This document shows, one piece after another, positions 22,021 through 32,319 of a DNA stretch of 33,158 nucleotides. The notes beneath the pieces were generated by a model, which saw only the letters and a list, made by a program, of their open reading frames with translations, did no database searches and was not told the origin of the DNA. Numbering within the stretch: position 1 is the stretch's first letter; each line of letters opens with the position of its first letter. The DNA comes from Spizellomyces punctatus DAOM BR117 (taxonomy: Eukaryota): assembly GCA_000182565.2 (NCBI GenBank), contig KQ257458.1, one strand, 5' to 3'. The position numbers and the translations under genes were made by a program.

Positions 22021-23181
22021 TTACCTTCGAGGCATACCAGCCGGGATTGGCCGCTCCGCGCCCGGCATCTTCCGCCGCGGGATTTCTATGTGCGAAAATG
22101 TACCCTTCGGACGAACTTTTAACTTTTTCTGCTGCGCACGAGTACGAGCGGGCTGGATTCGGACAGGTATCAAGTCTTCAAGTTCTCTTGCTGCCTGCTT
22201 TTGCAAACGATCCCTTTTTTGTAATGCGGCCGCAACTTTGATTGTAACTGGTTCCTCGGTTTTGATGAGTTCATTATAGTTGAAAATTCGATCGGGAATC
22301 CCCTCTACCACATATCTATATGACCGCAGTTTGTCGAATGGTTTAATGACTTTCCCAATCCGATAAACATTGCTAGAGAAATTTTCTCGATGTGCCTTTT
22401 TGAACACATTGCCTTCATGTTTGACACGAACATGATCACCGATGGAGAATATTTCAGGTTCTTTCTGATGCATCTTCTCCCAGTATCTTTCCAAGTTTAT
22501 CAATGCCTTATACGGTTTCTCGATTGCTTCATGGGGAGACATCCCAATACCGCGATGTTCTCGCCTGTTAATCATTGATNNNNNNNNNNNNNNNNNNNNN
22601 NNNNNNNNNNNNNNNNNNNNNNNNNNNNNNNNNNNNNNNNNNNNNNNNNNNNNNNNNNNNNNNNNNNNNNNNNNNNNNNNNNNNNNNNNNNNNNNNNNNN
22701 NNNNNNNNNNNNNNNNNNNNNNNNNNNNNNNNAATCCCCCTGACATGTATGCTCCACCAGCGTCAGTAACGATTTTGTTGGGTCTCATTTTATAAGTCTT
22801 TAGCGAACGATCGAGAATATATCGCATTGCGGAACATACGGAAGTCTCGTCCAATTTCTTCAATGGTTGTGTAAATACCATCTTTGAAAACTTGTCCACG
22901 CATACCAAAATATGAGAACATCCTTTATTCTGACGAGGATAAGCGTCCGATCCTAAAGCGAGACAATCGCTTTCCCAAACATCAAATGGTGCATATGTAC
23001 GCTGAACGTTCAGGTTCAGCCTCTTCTTTTTTCGATGTATTTGATGAGTACGTTCTTTCTCCAGAAATGACTTTATGTCTTTCAAGGACAAGTCTGTCCC
23101 TTGTCTCTTCAGCATATTCTTCAAGCCGGATGCTCCTACCGGAGCTCCAGGCGTGTAATACAACTTCCGGAGTTCCTCCAT
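22021..23181 (-). CDS. Polinton/Maverick-type retroviral-like (rve) integrase
   Basis: LRKLYY...G N-terminus, WESD, ILVCVDKFSK, IVTDAG, N...HRGIGMSP, FSIGDHVRV...FKK....FS..VYRI; standalone, intronless, no HHCC or RT context. Catalytic E region lies in gap 22580-22732. Confidence 0.82.
   Translation of the reverse strand: MEELRKLYYTPGAPVGASGLKNMLKRQGTDLSLKDIKSFLEKERTHQIHRKKKRLNLNVQRTYAPFDVWESDCLALGSDAYPRQNKGCSHILVCVDKFSKMVFTQPLKKLDETSVCSAMRYILDRSLKTYKMRPNKIVTDAGGAYMSGGXXXXXXXXXXXXXXXXXXXXXXXXXXXXXXXXXXXXXXXXXXXXXXXXXXXXSMINRREHRGIGMSPHEAIEKPYKALINLERYWEKMHQKEPEIFSIGDHVRVKHEGNVFKKAHRENFSSNVYRIGKVIKPFDKLRSYRYVVEGIPDRIFNYNELIKTEEPVTIKVAAALQKRDRLQKQAARELEDLIPVRIQPARTRAQQKKLKVRPKGTFSHIEIPRRKMPGAERPIPAGMPRR
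22580..22732. other. Assembly gap
   Basis: Run of N inside the integrase ORF. Confidence 1.
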
Positions 23182-23201
23182 ATTTGTATGTAACGCTTAA
23201 T

Positions 23202-23936
23202 TTATTTCATATAGAATTGTTTTACAGCATCGTTCGTTCTTTTTTGTTTTCGTCTATTCTCTGAAATGTCTAATGGTGCAAGATTTTCATAGTGATTTGA
23301 TCCGCCTTGGGATTCAGGCATTATGTGATCGATTTCAAAGTTCCATCGGTAGTCATTCCATGACATGCCCTTAAGATCTTTCGACTTTTTGAGCAGTTCT
23401 TGGATGTATGACAAGAATTCTTCAAAAGTGCAACCTTCAACCCATGAGAGAGAGGTCCTCAGTTGCGCCATCCAAGCGGGATCCTCCATCTGGTTTCTAA
23501 GTGAAATAGAGGAGAATGATATAAATTTGCTGTGCTTTGCCCGAGACACTGCTGTATATAACATTCTCTTCGACATCTTCTCTACCTCGTGGATGGTGAA
23601 CGGTCTGTTAAATGTTTGCCCTTGTGCCTTGTGTACTGTGGTACAATAACCAGAAAGAAAAAACTTTTGAAATTTGTTCCTGGGTACAGTGCATTTCATT
23701 ATACCATCGGATAAATCCTCTTTTTCACAAATGACCTTTGTGTCATTCCAACTGGAAATACGCCATCGGGTTCCCTTGATCACTCCTTGATTGCGCATTG
23801 GCTTTCTAGAAACCACAGGGGATCCCTTGATGAAAATACAATCTTGCGTTTTTGAATCTTTGGGGATTCTTGGGCACTTTAGGATCCTTGCTTTGTTCCT
23901 CTCCAATTGTTCATCTCGTTTCATGTTAAGATCATT
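23202..23936 (-). CDS. 5'-truncated SF1B (RecD/Pif1-like) helicase C-terminus fused to an HNH endonuclease domain
   Basis: GYCTTVHKAQGQT and MLYTAVSRA (motifs V/VI), then EIDHIMPESQGGSNHYENLAPLDISENRRK. Walker A/B absent because the frame is cut by an LTR fragment at 23937. Confidence 0.85.
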   Translation of the reverse strand, partial: NDLNMKRDEQLERNKARILKCPRIPKDSKTQDCIFIKGSPVVSRKPMRNQGVIKGTRWRISSWNDTKVICEKEDLSDGIMKCTVPRNKFQKFFLSGYCTTVHKAQGQTFNRPFTIHEVEKMSKRMLYTAVSRAKHSKFISFSSISLRNQMEDPAWMAQLRTSLSWVEGCTFEEFLSYIQELLKKSKDLKGMSWNDYRWNFEIDHIMPESQGGSNHYENLAPLDISENRRKQKRTNDAVKQFYMK

Positions 23937-24349
23937 CCGAGCAGGATTTAGAGGCTTCAGTGCGGGTGATCAGGCCGTTGAAGCGCTCTGTTAGGTTCCT
24001 GTTAACCTAGGATTGGGGTTGAGAAGCTAGTTGTGGGGATTCTTTGTCGCTACGGCTTCTGGCCGCCGACTTATTTTATTGAATTCCTCTTTTTATACAA
24101 GAATATGCTACGGTAACGTCTACACTAGTTTCCGTAGCCTTCATTAGGGTGGCGGCGTCCGATCTTCCCATCTCGGACCATCGCCATGATCGATCATGGC
24201 TGCGTAACATATCCTTCACGCTGCGCTGGTGTAGCCCAGAACCGAGCTTGATCTTAGGGGTTTCGAAGCTTAGGTTACAATTGCGGAAACCTCAATCGTG
24301 GTCACCTGATGCCTTTGAGCGAACCGGTTTATCAGAGTCGTTCGCTACA
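23937..24349 (-). repeat. Truncated type A LTR (third insertion) abutting the 3' LTR remnant of element 2
   Basis: Matches 31075-31487; intact CTACA end at 24349. Confidence 0.92.
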
Positions 24350-24574
24350 ACAGGAACCTAACAGAGTGCTTCAACGGCCTGATCACCTGCACTGAAGCCT
24401 CTAAATCCTGCTCGGTTCACAACTAACCGACTCTCCTTGCCTCTCGCCCTCAAGTCGCTACCGACGCCCAAAGAAAGGATTTGGAGACTACGATTCCTAG
24501 TACGGACACCCACACAACCTGCTAGGAGACCCAAGTTGTCTTTACCGTAGTCTACCAACAAAAAATCCGTTACA
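24350..24574 (+). repeat. Remnant (last 225 bp) of the 3' LTR of element 2
   Basis: Matches 18535-18759; ends CCGTTACA followed by CCTG. Confidence 0.92.
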
Positions 24575-27500
24575 CCTGGTTCGATGGTCTACTATCGCTT
24601 CCACTTCAAACTCGCCCTCTGAAGCGTCAGAATCCTCCGCTTGTGCTTCCGCGACCTTTTCCTCAGTTTTGGCGTCGACAGGCTTCTGGTACGGACGTAA
24701 TTTCGATATGTGAAACCATGGATGAAGTCGTCTCATCTTGTCTGGCAGTTTTAACTCATAGTTGTCGTGGAGAGGGTTACAGTTGGTCACCGTGACTGGT
24801 CCCAGCCATTTCGGAGCAATCTTGGACTCATACCCTGCTAGGTTTTTTGTGCTCAGAAGCACCTTATCTCCTCTCCGGAACTCCAGATGTCGTCGTGATA
24901 AATCGTAATATCTTTTCTGCGAGTCCTGGGCCTCGATCATCAGATCCCGGATAAGGATGTTTAGGTCTCCGAGATGTTTACAGAGCTCTTCCGCGTCTGC
25001 ATTTCTGGTTTCTGACGGCCTTTCAACGATGTCCGCCAGTGGATTGTGGGGCTCATAGCCTAGGTCCATCTTGAACCGCGTCATTTTTGTCGCCTCGTGT
25101 ACCGTATCGTTGATAATGAATTCCACAACCGGAAGAAAGGTGTCCCAGTCGTCTAATCGGGTGTTGACCATTGTGGTAAGGACCTGCAAGACCGTTGCGT
25201 TGTCTCTCTCTGATTGTCCATCACCTTGAGGGTNNNNNNNNNNNNNNNNNNNNNNNNNNNNNNNNNNNNNNNNNNNNNNNNNNNNNNNNNNNNNNNNNNN
25301 NNNNNNNNNNNNNNNNNNNNNNNNNNNNNNNNNNNNNNNNNNNNNNNNNNNNNNNNNNNNNNNNNNNNNNNNNNNNNNNNNNNNNNNNNNNNNNNNNNNN
25401 NNNNNNNNNNNNNNNNNNNNNNNNNNNNNNNNNNNNNNNNNNNNNNNNNNNNNNNNNNNNNNNNNNNNNNNNNNNNNNNNNNNNNNNNNNNNNNNNNNNN
25501 NNNNNNNNNNNNNNNNNNNNNNNNNNNNNNNNGGTGGTATGGGTTTCAACAACCCCGGAATCAGTTGCGGTACCCTTTTTGAGCGTTGGCAGGTTTCACA
25601 TCCTGCGCAATGTTTTCTGAAATCTTGTGCCATCTTTGGCCACCAGACTTGTGCTGTGGCTCTGGCGTAGGTTCTTTCGAATCCGAAGTGTCCTCCCCCC
25701 TCGTGAAAAAGCTTGCGCACCTTGGGGGTGCAAGCAGGGGGCACGTAGAGGCACCAAAGGTCTTCGGAGACTGAAAAACGGTGCCACAGCAGGTTATCTG
25801 CACATTGCCAGTCCTGAAGAAAGTGCGCATCGGCTGTAGTGTAGGTGTTGGGGCTGGTCTCCCATAGGAGCGTGCGGGGCCTGTTGGGCTATGGGGTGGA
25901 GCTGGCCGGTGAGGCCAGCGCGGATGGCGGCAATGAGTGCAGGCTGTAAGGCCAGACGAAAGACGGCATCTGCCAGTGTCGAGGAAGGTGCGAGAGCAGC
26001 TGGTGTGGTGCGCAGCCGTCGTCTTCCGCGTTTCGACACCCATATTTGGGTCGCGGTGGAGCAGAGTAGGGTTTCCGCTCCTAGTAGCCGTGAAAGTGTA
26101 TCAGCGACAATGTGAAAACGTCCTGGTTTGTGAACGATTGTCATCCATTCGGACCAGTAACTAAGATCGAGGGCCCAGCGGAGAAGCTTACGGTTCTCGC
26201 CTTTGTATTTAGCGAGCCACAAAAGAGCTCGGTGATCAGTAATGACCGTGAAAGGCAGGCCTTCGAGGTATGGGTGGAGTTTTCCGAGGCCCCAAATGAG
26301 GCATCCGGCCTCGAGTTCGACAGGGGGGGCCTTCTTTTCCGAGGTGGTGGTGCCTCGGGAATGGTAGCACAGCGGGCATTTAGAAGCATCCGGCTGTAAC
26401 TGTTCGAGCGTGACATTAAACGCTGTGTAGGAAGCGTCACTGTGAAGGGTGTAGGGGAACCCTTTTCTGGGTGCCGCAAGCACTGGAGCTGTTGTCAGAG
26501 CCTGCTTGGCAGCTGCGAAGGCAGAGTTTCAGGAATCGGTCCATGAAACTTCACGCTTCGCGATAAATCTGCGCAGACCTTGGTCGGGGCACTTGCGAGC
26601 AAGGCGTCCGACACAAAAGGGGTCAATGGGCAAGTCCACCAATGATGATTGGCGTAGATTGACTGCCGGTAGGTCTGAGGAGCTAGATTTTGGATGTTGT
26701 GAAACCTCAAATCGGGCTCCAGTGGCTGTGATTGTAGGGGCCACCGCCATGTCGAGCATGGATGGTGAATTGAGCTTTTCAGCGCCTTTCTTTAGGTCAG
26801 CGCGACCCTTTTTAAGGTCTTGGTATTCACGAACACCCTCTTGGATAGCGTCTTGCAGGGGTCGGATGAGTTCCACGTAGCGGGGGATGAATTGGGCGTA
26901 GAACCCTAGGAGACCCATGAAGGACCATAGGTCACCTATGAATTTGGGTCATGGCCAATCGACTATGGTTGCGACCTTGTCTGGATCGGTAGCGAGACCC
27001 TGAGAGGAGGCAACGAAACCGAGAGCCGTGAGCTGGTGAAAGAGCCATTGACACTTGTCGAGTCTTAGGGTGAGTTTGGCTCTGGAAAAGCAGTCGAGCC
27101 AGTCCGCGATGGCATCTAGGGCTTCCGCGGCTGTCTCCGCTCGTGTGTGGATATCGTCGACAAAGTTGTTGATATTTCGCCATTTGGAGGGACCCAAGGT
27201 GTCGTCCATCACCTGACAGAAGTGCGAAGGGGCAGTCTTGGGTCCGAAGGGCATAAAGAGTGGTTCATAGATGCCGTCATGGAGTCTGATCGCGAGCCAT
27301 TTGTGTACCGACGCATCGGTGATGGCAATTTGGTAAAATCCTTTGTTTGCATCACCTCCCAATATGTATCGGAATGGGACTGTGACGATCCAGTTCAGGA
27401 TGTCGAGCATGATGGGAAAGGGATATGGGTCCCAGGCCATGCAGTTGTTGGCTCGGCGATAGTCGAAGGCTACCCGCAGGGGTTTGTCTGCATAGCGAAT

Positions 27501-30500
27501 GATAACAGGATCGCTGGCGAAGGTTACTTTGGTGGTTCATTTCCACCTCTGAAGCCCCATCATGGTGTCTCGCTCCATCTCGAGGGCTGTCCGCTCCAAC
27601 GGAGAGTACGACCGTGGCCTCGAAAGGGGTGGCGGAGCCGAGATAAATCGAGGCGCATAAGGAATCTTGGTGTAGTTCCCTATGAGATGACCCTCATAGC
27701 TGAAGGCTTGATGGAAGTGTTGTAGAATGTTGATTAGGGCCCAGACCACGGGTTTGGGTCACTTGAGATCAACGTGGAAACGTTCCGCATCTTTTAATTG
27801 GGCTTCGAAGGCCCCTGGAGCCCTCTCCGTAGAGTCGAGGTTCCATTTGTTCTGAAGTGTCTGCCATTCTTCTTTGGAAATGTTCTCTTCGGGGTCCACA
27901 ACCGAATTATGGGTCGCGGTGGACAGTTTGAGGCCTAACGGGGCTGTTGAGCTAGCAGCGGTGGCCTCAAGAGGGTTTTCGATGAGAAAAGTTTGGGCTG
28001 CCACGCGCATCTGTCCCATGATTAACATGGTTAATCTAGACTTCTGAGCTTTGGCTTTGGTCAGCCGTGGCATTGACACATCCTTCATGAATTCACCCTG
28101 CTTGGTCTTGTATGGCATGCCGCGCATGTGATCGGTGTCCAGCTCATCCGTTATGGAGCAAGGGATAAGGATGTCCGGATTCTTGAGTGTCACCGCGAAA
28201 CTGGGTAACGGGGGTTCCTGAACCAAGGTTTGGAGTTTCAAATGTCCCAGAACGTCGTTGGCTAGGATGATGAGAGGTTTCCCATATGCAATGACTCGGA
28301 AATAGGCGCGGAAAGTCAGGTATTCTCCTCCGCGGCCTCTGAGGGAAGTTTCGAGGCATACTGTCTTGGTAGATGAGATACGTCCACCAATGCCTTTGAA
28401 AGCCATTGTTTCCGCATCCTGCAAATTGGTTTTGGAGAACAGAAGGCCCTGGTACATGTCGGAAACCAGAGACTTGCAGGCTCCTGTGTCTAGTACCACA
28501 GGTGCCCAGAGCTGAGCAATGACAGCTAGCATCCAGCAAGGCTGCGTTTGGGTCTTGGTCTGGCTTTTGAGTACATCACCTAAATCTACCGAGTAGAAGG
28601 CGTTGATGGAAGGCACCGCAACCTCGAAATGGGGCGCGATGTCGTTAATTGTTGCTTCCGTAGCCTTGATCGCACTCTCAAAGTGCTCTCTAGATTTGTC
28701 GTTTTGTGGTTTTGTTGTTTTATTCTGGCGAGCAACTTGTTCGATAGCCAGCATGACTATACACGTCCGTTCGCTCTCTTCGTGTCTTTGGAGATGTGGA
28801 TGGTCTTTAACGTGCAGAAATTTGGGGTTTCCGCAACGATAATAATAGTCTGAGCGAACGATATTGCCTGTCAGGAGAAATGCCACCAGTTGCAGGTTGG
28901 CGTAAGAATCAAAGATAACAGGATCTTCGGAGCTCCACATCAAGAATTTCTCACGCTCATCGAGCCTTATCCAGGCAAGGAGGATCAAACGAGGGGTACC
29001 GTCTTCTCGGACTTTTCGCAGGATTCGATCCTTGTCAGCTTCGGCTGTGGCAGCGATGTAGAGGTGGTGGGAACTCCACGCGACTGCGTAGGGGTCATTC
29101 CCGAGGTGCCCGGTGCCTCGCTTCGGTTCTTTGGCGAAGAAGCTGAGCGCGCGGGGGTTGTTGCCCATCATCAGAGCCACTTGCGGGGTGCCCCAGATGA
29201 TGGCTATGTTGTCCCAGACTTGGTCCCAGCCCTGCGTGGGCGTGCGGGGGTCCTCTTCCTTAGTCTCCGTGACCTCGGAAAGAGGTGCGGTCATCAAAAT
29301 TGTTGATTCCGAGTGCTTGGGTGAATGAAAGAATCCGATGGTGTGGAATCCTTGATTAGCAGCGGCTGTCCTTTCCAGTTCCGAAGCCGAAAAAAGAGTC
29401 TCGGTGGTAGCAGACGTCGAGTCCAGCTCCACTATGTACGACTTCTTGGACTCCTGTTTGGGTTTCCAACCTGCGGGCATGGGTGCTCCATATGGTCCCT
29501 TCTTTCCATCTTCAGGATCTTTTCGGTTCGGGTTCTGCCAGCAGAAAACATTCCAATGCTTTTTCTGACAGAATTTGCAGGGTGCCGGTGGTTCCGTGTT
29601 GGGGTCCGGAACCATCTTCTGAGGGCCGTCGCGACCCTTTTCGGGGTTTCCGGTTTTATGTTGAGCCGTCTGCTTAGGGCCTTTGTCGATTCCGGTCTTT
29701 TGTGACTTCTTCTGAGCTTCAGCAGCACCGCTGTAGCAAGGGTCTCGTTTTCTGGTGTCATCAGAGCCGAAATAAAGGCGCAGGAAGTCTTTTAATTTGG
29801 TCAGGTTCGTGACGTTACAGGATTTGACCATGATTTGGATGTCGCTGGGCAATTGTTCGACTATTAGGTCGAAATGCTGGTCAGCGGGACATTCTATGTT
29901 TGCCTGGTCACCATATGCGAGGCGCCGGAGATGAGTTTTGTGGTCAATGAACGCGAGAAAGCTGCGAAATTCTTTGGGGTTCGCGTGGCAGTGCACATAT
30001 TCAGTTTTGCACTTGGACTCGGTTAGGGGATCTCGGAACTCTCGAAGCAGTTCTTCTTTCCACCTTTTCCAGGTCCACGAGTGAGTTTCCTGGGCTTCCA
30101 GAGTGTAAAACCAAGCATCGGCAGGGGTTTTCTCGGCTATCATGGCTGGTAGGAGCTGTACCATCCTGGCATCCGACGTTGCGCTAATGTTTTGAAGAAG
30201 TTGGACTTTGTTGAGCCATTCTTCAACATCTTGGTTTCTTTTGCCCGTAAACTCGGGTACGTCCTTTGCTTTCAAGGAATCGACCTTGGTGTCGCTGGCC
30301 CACGGGGCTGCTGGCACTTGGATTGGAGGCACCAGACCTGAAAAACTTGGTTCGGTATGCTCCCTTGGTGTGTCCGACGTTTCCCATGGGGTTGCGGACC
30401 GTTCTCTTGTAGCTCGTGCTATGAGAGGTTGTTCAGGCAGCGGGCGATGTGCTAGGGCTTCTAAGGCTCGTGCGAGGCGCTCATCCGCCGCTGTCTGACG

Positions 30501-30761
30501 TTCGGAAAGCCTATGAAGCTGTTCCGTAAGATTTTGAGTTGCCAACTGCATTGCAGCAGTCGAGCGGGCAATGTCTTCTTTTAATGCTGCCACTTCAGAG
30601 GCCATCGTGGCCAAGTTAGGGGCTTCCGGTTCGACGGAAGTGGTCCCTGAACGCCTTGGGCGTGTTGCGGGAGGGACTTCGACGTCCTCCGCAGGACCCT
30701 GACTACGAGTCTGGATCACAGGTGAGCGGCCTCGCGTTGGAGAGCGTTCGACCGGCATCAT
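24575..30761 (-). pseudogene. gag-pol of element 1 (several premature stops, a frameshift near 25.85-25.9 kb)
   Basis: gag, Zn knuckle, VLDTGA protease, RT (DPYPFP, DANKGFYQI, MPFGPKTAP, FVDD), RNase H (LHSDAS, ELEA, VITDHRAL, VADTLSR), integrase (H-GGGH...C..C, PQGDGQSER, KWLGP), start of chromodomain; gap 25234-25532. Confidence 0.95.
25234..25532. other. Assembly gap
   Basis: Run of N inside the gypsy integrase. Confidence 1.
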
Positions 30762-30900
30762 TCTCGGTTTCGTGAAGTCTGTTTCTGAAACAAGAGAAAA
30801 GGTTTCCGAGTAGCTACCTGAGCGGATCTTGGTTTGCGCAAGAGTTTTGGTATGACCGAATAAGGTTTTCAGCTGAATTTGAGAGGGGAAGGCAGTTCGT

Positions 30901-30915
30901 CGCGCTTCTCCACCA
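30901..30915 (-). other. Primer-binding site of element 1
   Basis: TGGTGGAGAAGCGCG on the minus strand directly after the 5' LTR. Confidence 0.8.
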
Positions 30916-31487
30916 TGTAACGGATTTTTTGTTGGTAGACTATGGTAAAGACAACTTGGGTCTCCTAGCAGGTTGTGTGGGTGTCCGTACTAGGAATCAT
31001 AGTCTCCAAATCCTTTCTTTGGGCGTCGGTAGCGACTTGAGGGCGAGAGGCAAGGAGAGTCGGTTAGTTGTGAACCGAGCAGGATTTAGAGGCTTCAGTG
31101 TGGGTGATCAGGCCGTTGAAGCACTCTGTTAGGTTCCTGTTAACCTAGGATTGGGGTTGAGAAGCTAGTTGTGGGGATTCTTTGTCGCTACGGCTTCTGG
31201 CCGCCGACTTATTTTATTGAATTCCTCTTTTTATACAAGAATATGCTACGGTAACATCTACACTAGTTTCCGTAGCCTTCATTAGGGTGGCGGCGTCCGA
31301 TCTTCCCATCTCGGACCATCGCCATGATCGATCATGGCTGCATAACGTATCCTTCACGCTGCGCTGGTGTAGCCCAGAACCGAGCTTGATCTTAGGGGTT
31401 TCGAAGCTTAGGTTACAATTGCGGAAACCTCAATTGTGGTCACCTGATGCCTTTGAGCGAACCGGTTTATCAGAGTCGTTCGCTACA
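30916..31487 (-). repeat. 5' LTR of element 1 (type A)
   Basis: 572 bp, TG...CA, followed by PBS and gag. Confidence 0.95.
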
Positions 31488-31754
31488 CTCCCCCTTGTTG
31501 AGAAGATAGAGAATTGCTTCGATTGTATCTTCATTTACCGTGGGAAAGGTTGGTGCATATAGGATGTAGAATTTGAGAGCGTGGGAAGCATGGTCAGCAA
31601 GTTGATGGATGATGGTGATGTAATCTAGAAGACGCTGCCAGTAGGTCTCATCAGGCAAGAAAGCCTTTGTGAAGGACGTCTTGTTGCAGGTATGTAAGGT
31701 GGGTTTGTCAAGTTTTTCGAGCCTTTCGAGCTTTTGCTTTTTCTTTGGTGGCAT
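31488..31754 (-). pseudogene. Fz1: Fanzor1 N-terminal fragment (~89 codons), cut by the LTR
   Basis: MPPKKKQKLERLEKLDKPTLHTCNKTSFTKAFLPDETYWQRLLDYITIIHQLADHASHALKFYIL...EDTIEAILYLLNKGE; SV40-like NLS (PKKKQK); closely matches the SpuFz1 N-terminus as recalled. Confidence 0.88.
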
Positions 31755-31885
31755 GATGATATCTGTAGAAAAAGATGAAAGCCTGGGAAAATGGACGATG
31801 ACTTATATAGGATTTTGTGGATCAAACCATAGTTCATGAGTCTAAATCGAGTAAAATTATGATTAAATTGGTTGGAATCTTTGTA

Positions 31886-31915
31886 CTAGTGCCAATACCC
31901 ATCGGCTCCGCACTA
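31886..31915. repeat. Terminal inverted repeat (5'/TAM end)
   Basis: CTAGTGCCAATACCCATCGGCTCCGCACTA; minus strand outside reads ...TTTA-CATA|GTGCGG. Confidence 0.97.
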
Positions 31916-32319
31916 TGTAAATGGATGACTGGGGTTTCCCACGGTTTGCTAAAGCTTTCATTTCAGAAGTTTAAAGTAAGAAATAATGATTGAAAGAAAA
32001 ACATTGAAAAACGATTTTCATTTCGATCAACTCTCGCACTACGTATACCGTGTATCCATTCGAAATCTTGGGGCACGAACTCTATATATTCGAAATTCGT
32101 ATCCTCAAAGAACACAAGTCGGGCGTAAACGACCAATGAACAAAGAGGTAAGTGACCAAAAAGCCAAAAATGCTCGTCTTGTTCCAGAAATGGCATCCCA
32201 GAATTTATGCTATTTAAGCATGTCTTGGAGTGGATTAACTGATGGGATACAATTTTGAAAAAATACCGCTGGTTATGAGGGGCATGCACCGATTGAGACC
32301 TTTGTGGGTAGTTGTTACT

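Larger units (their letters stand above)
18160..24574 (+). mobile_element. Nested Ty3/gypsy element 2 (same family, opposite orientation, rearranged)
   Basis: Starts TGTAAC, ends CCGTTACA, flanked by CCTG (18156-18159, 24575-24578); removal restores the H-R-T-R-R-G-K-R codons of the chromodomain. Confidence 0.9.
16234..31487 (-). mobile_element. Ty3/gypsy chromodomain LTR retrotransposon, element 1 (interrupted by 18160-24574)
   Basis: Two 572-bp direct LTRs (30916-31487 = 5', 16234-16805 = 3'), PBS, gag-PR-RT-RH-IN-chromodomain order, PPT. Flanks (TTGG / CTCC) are not a TSD. Confidence 0.93.
15996..31913 (-). mobile_element. Fanzor1-carrying TIR transposon (Spu-1-like), inflated by nested insertions
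   Basis: Perfect 30-bp inverted repeat including flanking TA (15994-16023 and 31886-31915); TA at 15994-15995 and 31914-31915; Fanzor N- and C-terminal coding fragments just inside the two ends, both on the minus strand. Confidence 0.92.

Noticed and set aside
23202-23936. Helitron RepHel assignment for the helicase
   Set aside because: Tightly linked to a Polinton-type integrase and ends in HNH; no Rep domain or hairpin-CTRR end seen. The 5' part is missing, so it is not fully excluded.
15994-31915. hAT classification of the TIR element (TAGTG start)
   Set aside because: No 8-bp TSD (GCGCATGG vs TGTAAATG); the paralogous empty site supports a TA duplication and the cargo is Fanzor.
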